The notes beneath the pieces are model-generated. The model was not told the origin of the DNA and ran no database searches. It saw only the letters and a list, made by a program, of their open reading frames with translations. 64,000 nt of DNA, taken from assembly GCF_963921235.1 (NCBI RefSeq), contig NC_086097.1, positions 217,374,001 through 217,438,000 on the forward strand, written 5' to 3'. The translations under genes were made by a program, and so were the position numbers. This DNA is from Mobula hypostoma. Lineage: Eukaryota. Positions 47,956-60,145 of this stretch are shown one piece after another (position 1 is the first letter of the stretch; every line of letters begins with the position of its first letter).

Positions 47956-49974
47956 CTAGATTCAAGTCCCAATATCATCCATTTATAAAAATCAGCTTTC
48001 TTCTGTAACTTGTTTAAACTTGCATGATTTAGTGTATTACTAAATAACAATACAAGAAAGAGTGGGAAGAGGCCACTTAGCCTCTCAACTCTGCTCTCTC
48101 ATGCCATGTGATAATGGCTGATCTGCTCCAAGCCTCATCTCCTCTTCTGTACCAGTTCCCCATAGTACTCAATTTCTTGATCTTTCAAAAAAAATTGTCT
48201 ACTTCCTTGTTAATTACCCCCAATGACCTAACATTCACAACACACTGGCATCAAGAATATCAGAGATTCGCCACCTTTGTGAGAAGTTCCTCTACACATA
48301 GAAACAGAAAACATACAGCACAATACAGGCCCTTCGGCCCATAAAGCTGTGCCGAACATGTCCCTACCTTAGAACTACCTAGGCATTAGCCCTCTATTTT
48401 CACCTCTAGTCTTAAATGCACAGACCAATTTTTTTTATAACCATGTCTCCCCATTCAAAATTCTCCCACCAGTGAAAATATCTAAACATCCATCTTTTCT
48501 TGTCCCCGAAGGATTTTACACATTTCAGTGTTCCCACCCCATTCTCCTAAACACTAAACAATATAGATTTAATCTGTCCAGTTGTTCATAGAAGACGGCT
48601 ATCATCTCAATAATTGGGACAGTGAATCTCTTTTTTTCGTCTGTCTCCAACTCCAAAATATGCTTTCTTAGATAAGGGAACCAAAATTGTACACAACACT
48701 CCAGGTGCAACTTCAAAGCTCTTAATATTTTTTCCATTGCAGAGAACATCCCCAGCATTCTCACTCCGACCTTGAGGCTGAAATCTCCTCTCAGAACCAT
48801 TCTAATAAGTGTTATGCACTCTCTTTGAGAACTTCACATCTTTCCCAAAAGTGCAGCGACTAAAATTGGATTCAATAATCCAGTTAGGGCTTAACCAGTG
48901 TTTTATAAAAGTTCTTCATTACAAGTTCCCTGCTATTATACTCCATCTCCTTATGAAGCTGAGAATTCTGCATGTTTTACAAATCAAGCTCTCGGTATAA
49001 ACATCTATTTCCCAAGTAGATACGTACATTAATACTTGGGCACCACAATTCAAAATGCATATTAAAACTGTGCCAAGTAGACCACATGGTTACTCCTCAT
49101 TTCTTTACCTTGTTTGTATCACTTCACACTTTGCTTTTGCTATTTGTCTTTCCATACTGCCAGCCCAAATCCTTCTTGCAGTCCCTGGTTTTCACCACAT
49201 CAGGTTCAGAGCTAACACTGAAGTTATCTCACACATATCTAGCAAGTAAATATTTATACCAAAATGCAAAGCAGCACTGACTCCCAGCAAACATCATTTT
49301 TTAGCCATTCTCCAACTGAAGATCCACGTACTGTGACTTCCTGGTATTGACTCCTCTACTGACCTAGCTAGTTAATATTTTATTTGAGAATATCTCAAAT
49401 CATCAAGATTAAATTGGTGGCACTGTAATTGCTGGGCATATGCTTGGAAACCTTTTCAAACAAGGAATGTTGTAGTTACTAATTCTAGTCTCTGTATCTG
49501 TAGAGAACTGGACAACTATGGCAAGGCTTTCACCACTCCTGCTTCCCTCAGGAAGCAAGGTGTCCTCTCTGGAGCCAGTAACTTATTTACATTGAATAAT
49601 GTGCATTTGGCACATTAGTAACATAAAACAAAAATCTATACAAGTCTATAAAAATCTACAAAAATCTATAGGAGAGATTTAGAGGGCTATGGGCCAAACT
49701 CAGACAGACAGGAGTAGCTCTCTGGGAATAAAGGTAGATAAATCCCCCGGGCCTCACATGATATTTCCTCGGACTTTGAGAGAAACTAGTGTAGAAATTG
49801 CAGGGCCCTGGCAGAAATATTTAAAACGTCCTTAGCCACGGGTGCGGTGCCGGAGGATTGGAGGGTAGCTCACGTTGTTCCGTTATTTAAAAAAGGCTCC
49901 AAAAGTAAACCAGGTAATTACAGGCTGGTGAGCCTGACATCAGTAGTAGGTAAATTATTGGAAGTTTGTTTGTT

Positions 49975-52900
49975 TGTTTGTTTTTTTTTAAATACTATGT
50001 TGCCTACCTTTCCGACTTCCTACCCTACTGATATCACTGATAAAATTTTAGGTTTAAATCCTCTCCAGAAGGGATTAATAGCATTTATCTATGATATAAT
50101 TATGAAATTACAGCCAGGTATATCTGATAAAATTAAAAATGAATGGGAAAGGGAACTTCAACTTTGTCTACCAATGGAGAAATGGGATAAAATTTTTCAA
50201 TTAGTCAGTACTTCCTCTATATGTGCTAAACATACATTAATACTATTAATGCTATTCTGGACTGGGTTTTGAGCAATGAGGAAGGGTTAATTAGCGATCT
50301 TGTCGTGAGAGGCCCCTTGGGTAAGAGTGACCATAATATGGTGGAATTCTTCATTAACATGGAGAGTGACGTAGTTAATTCAGAAACAAAGGTTCTAAAC
50401 TTAAAGAGGGGTAACTTAAGGTATGAGTCATGAATTAGCTAAGATAGACTGGCAAATGACACTTAAAGGATTGACGGTGGATATGCAATGGCAAGCATTT
50501 AAAGGTTGCATGGATGAACTACAACAATTGTTCATCCCAGTTTGGCAAAAGAATAAATCAAGGAAGGTAGTGCACCTGTGGCTGACAAGAGAAATTAGGG
50601 ATAGTATCAATTCCAAAGAAGTAGCATACAAATTAGCCAGAGAAAGTGGCTCACCTGAGGACTGGGAGAAATTCAGAGTTCAGCAGAGGAGGACAAAGGG
50701 CTTAATTAGGAAGGGGAAAAAAGATTATGAGAGAAAACTGGCAGAGAACATAAAAACGGACTGTAAAAGCTTTTATAGATATGTAAAAAGGAAAAGACTG
50801 ATAAAGACAAATGTAGGTCCCCTGCAAACAGAAACAGGTGAATTGATTATGGGGAGCAAGGACATGGCAGACCAATTGAATAATTACTTTGGTTCTGTCT
50901 TCACTAAGGAGGACATAAATAATCTTCCAGAAATAGTAAGGGACAGAGGGTCCAGTGAGATGAAGGAACTGAGCGAAATACATGTTAGTAGGGAAGTGGT
51001 GTTAGGTAAATTGAAGGGATTGAAGGCAGATAAATCCCCAGGGCCAGATGGTCTGCATCCCAGAGTGCTTAAGGAAGTAGCCCAAGAAATAGTGGATGCA
51101 TTAGTGATAATTTTTCAAAACTCGTTAGATTCTGGACTAGTTCCTGAGGATTGGAGGGTGGCTAATGTAACCCCACTTTTTAAAAAAGGAGGGAGAGAGA
51201 AACCGGGGAATTATAGGCCGGTTAGCCTAACATCGGTGGTGGGGAAACTGCTGGAGTCAGTTATCAAGGATGTGATAACAGCACATTTGGAAAGCGGTGA
51301 AATGATCGGACAAAGTCAGCATGGATTTGTGAAAGGAAAATCATGTCTGACGAATCTCATAGAATTTTTTGAGGATGTAACTAGTAGAGTGGATAGGGGA
51401 GAACCAGTGGATGTGGTATATTTGGATTTTCAAAAGGCTTTTGACAAGGTCCCACACAGGAGATTAGTGTGCAAACTTAAAGCACACGGTATTGGGGGTA
51501 AGGTATTGGTGTGGGTGGAGAATTGGTTAGCAGACAGGAAGCAAAGAGTGGGAATAAACGGGACCTTTTCAGAATGGCAGGCGGTGACTAGTGGGGTACC
51601 GCAAGGCTCAGTGCTGGGACCCCAGTTGTTTACAATATATATTAATGACTTGGATGAGGGAATTAAATGCAGCATCTCCAAGTTTGCGGATGACACAAAG
51701 CTGGGTGGCAGTGTTAGCAGTGAGGAGGATGCTAAGAGGATGCAGGGTGACTTGGATAGGTTGGGTGAGTGGGCAAACTCATGGCAGATGCAATTTAATG
51801 TGGATAAATGTGAAGTTATCCACTTTGGTGGCAAAAATAGGAAAACAGATTATTATCTGAATGGTGGCCGATTAGGAAAAGGGGAGGTGCAACGAGACCT
51901 GGGTGTCATTATACACCAGTCATTGAAAGTGGGCATGCAGGTACAGCAGGCGGTGAAAAAGGCGAACAGTATGCTGGCATTTATAGCGAGAGGATTCGAG
52001 TACAGGAGCAGGGAGGTACTACTGCAGTTGTACAAGGCCTTGGTGAGACCACACCTGGAGTATTGTGTGCAGTTTTGGTCCCCTAATCTGAGGAAAGACA
52101 TCTTTGCCATAGAGGGAGTACAAAGAAGGTTCACCAGATTGATTCCTGGGATGGCAGGTCTTTCATATGAAGAAAGACTGGATGAACTGGGCTTGTACTC
52201 GTTGGAATTTAGAAGATTGAGGGCGGATCTGATTGAAACGTATAAGATCCTAAAGGGATTGGACAGGCTAGATGTGGGAAGATTGTTCCCGATGTTGGGG
52301 AGGTCCAGAACGAGGGGTCACAGTTTGAGGATAGAGGGGAAGCCTTTTAGGACCGAGATTAGGAAAAACTTCTTCACACAGAGAGTGGTGAATCTGTGGA
52401 ATTCTCTGCCACAGCAAACTGTTGAGGCCAGTTCATTAGCTATGTTTAAAAGGAAGTTAGATATGGCCCTTGTGGCTACAGGGGTCAGGGGGTATGGAGG
52501 GAAGGCTGGGTTCTGAGTTGGATGATCAGCTATGATCATAATAAATGGCGGTGCAGGCTCGAAGGGCCGAATGGCCTACTCCTGCACCTATTTTCTATGT
52601 TTCTATGTTTCTATGTAATACAATTTAAAGTAGTGCACAGAGCCCATATGTCTAAAGATAAATTAGCCCATTTTTATTCCCATATAAACCCTATTTGTGA
52701 CAGATATCACTCTAAGGTGGCTTCTTTAACTCACATGTTTTGGTCCTGCCCTCTCTTGGAAAAATATTGGAAAGATATTTTTGATATTATCTCAACAGTT
52801 CTATGCTTTGATTTAAAACCCCATCCTATTACATCAATTTTTGGATTACCAATGGTAGAACCTAGATCTTTGTCTTCTTCAGCCTGTCGGATGATAGCTT

Positions 52901-53452
52901 TGTTACTTTAATGGCCAGAAGATCTATTTTATTGAACTGGAAGGAGACCAATCCTCCTACTACATTCCAATGGTTTTCCCAAACTATATTAAGTTTCAAT
53001 TCAGAAAAAAATTAGAAGTGATATTTTTGATCCTTCGGTTAGATTTGAAGAAACTTGGAAACCTTTTATGCAACATTTTCACATGATGTAATTTGACCTT
53101 TCCGTATCTTCTTTATTAACTTAAAATATATGAATAGAGGAGTGGAGTTGGCAACATTACTGAACATGTTCGATTTAAGATATTGGTCTAGCCCTGTTTT
53201 GTTCCATTTGTTTTTTTTGGGTTTAGTATTTAGTTCTTTTTTTGGGGGGGGGGGTTCTTTGTATATATTTTTTTCTTTTTATTTCTTTTTCTTCTTTATG
53301 AGTAATTTCATCATGAGTTTGGAAGTCTATTATACCTATGCTATTTGAAATCTTTTTTGTATATGTTTATTAATAATAAGATTCCAATCTCTTTGTATCA
53401 ACATTGCTATTTTGTTTATAATTTTGAAAATTAATAAAAAGATGTAAAAATA
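49975..53452 (+). mobile_element. L1-clade LINE 3' end (middle element of the nest)
   Basis: KIKNEWEREL...SSICAKHTL | IQFKVVHRAH...CDR...LTHMFWSCP (L1 ORF2 Zn-finger region); T-rich 3' UTR, AATAAA at ~53433. Confidence 0.88.
50244..52615 (+). mobile_element. Young CR1 LINE with a 697-aa open RT ORF (50423-52516)
   Basis: Endonuclease end (GKSDHNMV), complete RT (YLDFQKAFDKVPH, GVPQGSVLGP, KFADDTK), (TTTCTATG)n tail, TSD TAATAC (50238-50243 / 52616-52621). Confidence 0.96.
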
Positions 53453-54421
53453 AGGTTCAGACACTAGGTATCTATGGAGAGGTTGTAAACTGGATTCGAA
53501 ATTAGCTGTGTGGGAAAGACAGAGAGTGGTAGTGGATGATTGTTTCTCAGACTGGAGGCCTGTGACTAGTGGTGTGCCTCAGGGATCTGTGCAGGGACCA
53601 TTGTTGTTTGTTGTCATATCAATGATCTAGATGATAATATGGTAAATTGGATCAGCAAGTTTGCTGATGACACTAAGATTGGACGCGTTGTGGACAGCGA
53701 GGAAGGCTTTCAAAGCTTGCAGAGGGATCTGGACCAACTGGAAAAATGGGCCAGAAAATGGCAGATGGAATTTAATGCAGACAAGTGTGAGGTGTTGCAT
53801 TTTGGAAGGACAAATCAAGGTAGGACATACACAGTAAATGGTAGGGCACTGAGGAGTGCGGAGGAACAAAGAGATCTGGGAGTTCAGATACATAATTCCT
53901 TGAAAGTAGCATCACAGGTAGACAGGGTTGTAAAGAAGGCTTTTGGCATCCTGGCATTCATAAATCAAAGTATAGGAGTTGGGATGTTATGGTGAGGTTG
54001 TACACAACATTGGTGAGGCCAAATTTGGAGTATTGTGTGCAGTTCTGGTCACCTAACTACAGGAAAGATTTCAGTAAGATTGAAAGAGTGCAGAGAAGAT
54101 TTACTAGGATGTGCTGGGTCTTCAGGAGTTGAGTTACAAGGAAAGATTGAACCGATTAGGACTTTATTCCTTGGAGCGCAGAAGAATGAGGGGGGATTTG
54201 ATTGAGGTTTACAAAATTATGAAGGGTATAGACAGAGTAAATGCAAGTAGGCTCTTTCCACTTAGATTAGGAGATATAAATACAAGAGGACATGGCTTTA
54301 GGGTGAAAGGAGAAAGGTTTGGGGGAACTTCTTCACTCAGAGGGTGGTGGAAGTGTGGAATGAGCTGCCGTCTGACGTGGTAAATACAGGCTCACTCTTA
54401 AGTTTTAAGAATAAGCAAGTG

Positions 54422-54583
54422 TTTCAGAAGCAACAAAGGAACCCTGTAATGTGAAAATTGATTAAAACGAGGCAAACATGTCAATAACTGTGCAATGCTA
54501 TTTGGAATAGCTTGTTAGTAGTAAGCAAAAAATAATTGTGATTAGCAAGTGCAAGTTAAAATGGAAGATCTTGTAACAAGGAA
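54422..54583 (-). repeat. Inverted duplicate of 46284-46448
   Basis: 162 bp equal to the reverse complement of 46284-46448 apart from a 3-nt deletion. Confidence 0.92.
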
Positions 54584-54929
54584 TTCTTAAAACTTAACTA
54601 AATCCAATATTTAACTAAAAACCGAAACTATGGTTCTATGGAAGACAATCAGCTTGGACCTGTTGTCCAAAGAGCCTGTTTCAATGCTGTTCGACTATGA
54701 TTCCAACTACAAGCTACATTCCTTTCTAATATTCTTGCATGTTAACTGCCATCTCCCCCATCATCTCCACTATTCAAAGACAAAATGAAACTGTGTTGTT
54801 CCTTTGCTCTATTTTTCATCTGTAGTCATACGTCTCCATCTCCAGCACCTGTTTTTCAGAGATATTCTGACATCTTCCTTGGTAAAAATAAATCCATAGT
54901 TCTCATTGAGCATTTCAACACTGTTTCAG

Positions 54930-55520
54930 TCTCTGGATGGTGGAAAGGGAAGAGGTGAAAAGACAGATGGTGCATTCTGTACAGTTACAGTTGTGGAAGA
55001 ATGCCACAAGATGACAAATGTGTGGTGGAGATGGAAGAGCATACCAGGGAGCCACATTCAATGAATCGCTTCACAATTTCCAACACAAACTAGAGAAACA
55101 CAACTTCATCTTCTGTCTGGGCAAATTTAAGACTTCCAGTCTCATTGCTAGACTTACCAATTCCAGTTAATGTGCTCTGTTAAGTCTGGTGGATAACTAG
55201 TCTGATAAGCAGAACAAAACAGAGATCCATGATTTGCCTCAATTTTTCACTCTTAAGATGGCCTGCTATGAAAATCTCACAACTCTGCCAACACACCAGA
55301 ATGAAATGAGCTTCTAAATGTGCCTTTAACATCTATCCTCACCCTGTCAAGGATACTTCCTTTGTTCTGTCCATTCCAAAACTCCCAACCCCTTTGAAAC
55401 AGTAAACCAATTTGTTTTCTCTTTCTCAGTTCTAATGAAAGATCTTGGACTTGAAATCTGAAGTATTTCTCCTTTCCCCAGGTGCCACATGACCCATTGT
55501 GTGCTTCCAACTCTTGCTGC
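54930..55520 (+). mobile_element. Ancient Penelope-like 3' end
   Basis: Degenerate KLEKHNFIFCLGKFKTSSL resembling the GIY-YIG tail, followed by CAGTTCTAATGAAAGATCTTGGACTTGAAA near 55427-55456. Confidence 0.45.
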
Positions 55521-55571
55521 TTTCACAAAAGTAGTAAGAGCAATAACCAAATCTAGACTACCTTAACACGA

Positions 55572-55872
55572 TAGAAACATACGTACAGCACAGAAACAGG
55601 GCCCTTGGCCCACTGAGTCCTCTCCAACCATCAAGTATCACATTTAAATTCCTACATTCCCAACAGCTTACCCCAGAGTCTACCACACACAAGACACAAT
55701 TTAGAGTGGCCAGTTAATCTACCAACCAGTGTTTTTAAGATGGGGACTGGAATGGGGTGAGACAAGGGAGGAAGAGGGCTGGAAAGAATCCAGGCAATAG
55801 CAGGAGAACGCAAAAACCCAGGATTGAACCCAGGTCGCTGGAACCAGAAGGCAGCAGCAGGTCTTATTATCT
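55572..55872 (-). mobile_element. tRNA-derived SINE
   Basis: B-box-like GGTTCAATCC on the minus strand (~55832-55823); CR1-like 3' end. Confidence 0.65.
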
Positions 55873-56342
55873 TAGATTTCATATAAAGGGAGAATCAGGC
55901 AAACATACATTTTTGACAAGAATTATTTTATATAATGTTTTTATTTCATTAGGGCAGGGACACATGGTTGAAATGGCAGAAGAATTACACAGTACAACCT
56001 GGTCTAATACCTTAACCTTCTGTATTATAAGCAAGTCAAGCTTAAAATGTCATGATCAATCAAGATCAAGGAAATTCAAGGAAAACTGGCTGATAACTAT
56101 TAATCATAAAATAACCAGCTATACTGCATCAGTATCTTTAATTCTCCTTTTCTTTTAATTTTTCTCAGTTTACAGAATAAATTTGTAAATGGAACCAATG
56201 ATCAAATAGTTGCTCCAAAAACATTCATTACTTTTATTCCTTGTATTCTGGCACATTAAGGTTTCTGTAGTTGTAAGCGATTTAAAATATTTTGGATACT
56301 TTGAGACTCACCAAGTTTTATAATATCCATTTTCATATGAAA

Positions 56343-57277
56343 TCATGAATGATCCATTGGCTCTACTGTTCCCTCTATTTCCTGACTATCCATTTCTTCA
56401 AGGTCTTCATTCAAAAGGGCTGCATCATGAACCTTACATGACGGTATGGATGAATAGGATAAGAGTTCCACACTTGTTGTTGTTGTCGTTGTTGTTGCTG
56501 TTGTTTCCATACCTAAATTCTCATTGTCACCTGGTGGTGGAGTGATGGATGGTTGCTCTGGGGTATCCATTTGAAGACTTTCAGTTCTCGTTATTGATGG
56601 GACAGGAGTAGTCGTAGAATGCGACTTTGATTCATGAATATCACTAGGAATTGATTCTTCGGCACTCTGGTCCCGCAAGTGTTTATCCATGGAGGCTTGA
56701 ATAGAAGATACCATCTCCTGCAACTTCTTCCGCTGTGCTTCAACTAAATTGGGGTCCAGTTGCCTACCATCTCGTATTGTTACAAACCCAGGTGCCATTC
56801 GTATTAGGTGACCATCTCCACCACTGGATTTGGGTGGAGAAGCCCCTTGCTTGGGACTAGACTTGCTCGTAGCACAATCAAGATCTGTTGCTGAGGAACT
56901 GCCTGTCTGTTTTCTAGGCATCTGCATTTCCCTGCTTTGTCTCTGCTCCAACTGCTGGCTGCTGGAAGCAGTCCCTAGGGAATGGCCCTTCCCCTGGAAA
57001 GCAGTGACATTTGGCATTTGTTCAGATTTTTTTCGCACAACACCTCCACTTCCAAGTTTCATCCCACCATGTGAGGAAGGACTTCCCTCTCTACTTCTTG
57101 GTCCTCCCTCAGACCGTAACTGACTTAAGGCCTCTTTGATCATATTGTCAATGTCAGGGCCAATGGGAATGTGCCCTGCTGGATCAATGCACAACTCCAG
57201 TCTGTTGTCTGCCCCATTGTAAACAAATGTTTTACCAGGAAGGTGTGGAAGTGTGAAGTGCTTGCCGTCAGCCAAAC
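56343..57277 (-). CDS. VCPIP1: VCPIP1 (VCIP135 deubiquitinase) last coding exon; upstream exons lie beyond the right edge
   Basis: ttag|GT TTG GCT acceptor. Peptide LADGKHFTLPHLPGKTFVYN...VTAFQGKGHSLG...LVEAQRKKLQEMVSSIQASMD...EEMDSQ...EPMDHS* matches the vertebrate VCPIP1 C-terminus; syntenic with MYBL1. Confidence 0.96.
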
Positions 57278-57507
57278 CTAAGTAGAAGAATAAATAGCAA
57301 AAATAATGTATTAGAATCTGTTGCCATTTTTTTTTAAAAAGTATTATAATCTCCATTTCAAAACAATTGCACTGTCACTTTGAAAAAGTAGAATTTCTTT
57401 AGTAATATTAAATTCTCATAAGTTTCCAAATGACATATGACAGATTAAGCAGTCAATTCATATGCAATGTGCTGCGTTAATGGCAAATCTGAATTGCCCT
57501 CAAATAC

Positions 57508-57955
57508 TAGTCATAGTCATACTTTATTGATCCCGGGGGAAATTGGTTTTCGTTACAGATAATAATAAATAGTAATAGAACAATAAATAGTTAAATAGTA
57601 ATATGTAAATTATGCCAGTAAATTATGAAATAAGTCCAGAACCAGCCTATTGGCTCAGAGTGTCTGACCCGCCAAGGGAGCAGTTGTAAAGTTTGATGGC
57701 CACAGGCAGGAATGACTTCCTATGACGCTCTGTGTTGCATCTCGGTGGAATGAGTCTCTGGCTGAATGTACTCCTGTGCCCACCCAGTATATTATGTAGT
57801 GGATGGGAGACATTGACCAAGATGGCATGCAACTTAGACAGCATCCTCTTTTCAGACCCCACCGTGAGAGAGTCCAGTTCCATCCCCACAACATCACTGG
57901 CCTTACGGATGAGTTTGTTGATTCTGTTGGTGTCTGCTACCCTCAGCCTGCTACT
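57508..57955 (-). mobile_element. Rex1-type LINE 3' end
   Basis: SHPLHN...RLIPPRCNTERHRKSFLPVAIKLYN; tail GATCAATAAAGTATGACTATGACTA. Confidence 0.88.
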
Positions 57956-58044
57956 TCGTTAATCAGAATTAACTGGGATATTAAACTCTTACACCCTGGC
58001 TTTGCTTTCACAAGTTCACAGCAAACAAATGGTTTTGAATTATA

Positions 58045-58330
58045 TCATCATCATCAGGTGCCATGCCCAGTTTGAGCTTTGACTGCCATGGCCCACACAC
58101 TCCTGCTTCGGGTCAAGTGGATCAATTCATTGGTATTCATTTCCAGTTCTCTGGCTGTTGTCTCCATCATCATTTGTCTTTGTCTTCCTCTTGCTTTCTT
58201 CCCTTCAATCTTTCCCATAATTACTGTGCATTCTAACTCCTCTTTCCTAATCACACGTCCAATGAAGTTACATTGCCTTTTCATGATCTTGTACATTATT
58301 TTTCCTTTTGTGTTTGCTCTGTTCATTGAA
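58045..58330 (-). mobile_element. RTE-clade LINE 3' end
   Basis: KRQCNFIGRVIRKEELE..VIMGKIEGKKARGRQR; (TGA)n tail. Confidence 0.85.
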
Positions 58331-58569
58331 TTATATGCACCCCATAAAACATTATCAGGCTTACCTCTGTTGTGTAGAAACTGCAAACTCATCCAGTATA
58401 CTGAAATGCAAAGATAATCCCACTACTCTCCATCACCCAAGCTTTTCATTTTTCTGCTACAAACCAGTTTCTTATCCCTGTCCATGCCTTCTTCAACCAC
58501 AATACTAATACATACAAAAAGTTTAGGAAACAATTTATCATCAACGCCCATCCCCAGACTTCTACTCCT

Positions 58570-60145
58570 AAAACACAAAACACTACAGCATAGTACAGGT
58601 CCTTCAGCTCAAGATGTTGTAACCTACTCCAAGATCAATCTAACCCTTCCCTCCTACATAGTTATCTATATTTTTCTATCAGCCATGTGCCTATTTAAGA
58701 GCTCCCTAATTGTTTCTAATGTTTTTGTCTCAACCATCACTCCAGCAGGGCATTTCACAAACTCACCACTCAAAAAAACCTTCCTGACATCTCCCAATAA
58801 TTTTCTTCAACCTCCTTAAAATTATTTCCACTAATATTAACCATTTCTGCCTTTTGAAAAGTCTGTTATCCACTCAATCTATTCCTCTTATCTTGTACAT
58901 CTCTATCAAGTCTCATCTCATCCTCCTTCATTCCAAAGAGGAAAGCCTCAGCTCGCTCAACCTATCCTCACAAGATGCTCTCTAATTCTCCTCTGCAGTT
59001 TCTCTAAAGCTTCTACATCCTTACTATAATGAACTGAACACAATATTCCAAGTGTGATCTAACCAGGGTTTTCTAGAGCTGCAACATTACCTCATAGCTT
59101 TGAACATAGTTCTCCCAGCAATTAAGGCCAATGCACCATATATCTTCTTAACTACCCTATCAACTTCCACGGCAATTTTGAGGGATCTACGGACGTGGGC
59201 CCCAAGATCCCTCTGCTCCTCCACACTGATAAAACTCCTGCCCTTAACCCAAATTCTTCCTTTAAATTCCACCTTCCAAAGTGAAGGACTTCACAGTTCT
59301 CTAGCTTGAACTCCATTTGTTACCTCTCAACCCAGGTCTACATCCTGTCAGTGACCTCCAACCATCTGGTACAACTCCTGTGGCCTGTGAGTATACAAAC
59401 ATTGCTGCCATGGGGGCAGCAATCTCTTTACTTGCTTCCCATAGTAAGCACAAGTATATCCTGTTCAGCTCCAGGGACTTACCTGTCTTAATGTTTTTCA
59501 AAAACTCCAATACATCCTCTTTCTTAACATTGATACGTTCTGGCACATTAACCAATTTCATGCTGTCCTCACAAATGTCAAGGTTCCTCTCACTGGTGAA
59601 TACTGAAGCAAAATATTCACTATGGACCTCCATTATCTCCTCTGACACTAAGCATGTTTCATCTTCTATCCCTAATTGGTCCCATCCTTACACTAGTCAT
59701 CCTCCTAATCTTCATATACCTCCCCCCCCGGGGGTTTAACTTTAATCTTACTCGCCAAGGCCTTCTCATGCCCCTTCTAGCTCTTTTACATCCATTCTTC
59801 AGTTCCTTCCTGGCTACCAAACAACTCTTTAGAGCCTGTCTGAACCTTGCTTCCTAAGCTTAAGAAAGATTCCTTCTTCGTCTTGACAAGATGCTCCACA
59901 TTTCCCTGCCTCAACGGGGCAAATATATCCAGAACCCCATGCAACTGCTCCCTGAACAATGTCCATATTTCCATTGTGTATTTCCCAGAGCACTATACAT
60001 CCATTAATTACTGTTACCAGTTCCTGCCTAATAGCATCATAATTCCCCCTCCCCCAATTAAATACTTTCCATGGTGTCTGCTCCTATCCCTGTCCAAGGC
60101 TATGGTGAAGACTGGAGACTTGGGGGGGGGGGAGTTGTGGTCATT
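58570..60145 (-). mobile_element. CR1 LINE (decayed)
   Basis: EYFASVFTSE, EQRDLGAHVRRSLK; CR1 tail near 58580. Confidence 0.8.

Larger units (their letters stand above)
49726..54414 (+). mobile_element. CR1 LINE (outer element of a three-level nest; 49726-49963 and 53453-54414)
   Basis: PEDWRVAHVVPLFKKG..NYRLVSLTSVVGKLLE, then KFADDTK...GLYSLERRRMRGDL after the L1. Confidence 0.88.

Noticed and set aside
50423..52516. 697-aa RT ORF as a host gene or a prokaryote-style retron/DGR
   Set aside because: Typical CR1 ORF2 with tail and TSD in a vertebrate context, with many related copies in the window.
57278..57356. N-terminal 26 aa of ORF 56343..57356 as the start of a single-exon gene
   Set aside because: It is the polypyrimidine tract and acceptor of the VCPIP1 intron.
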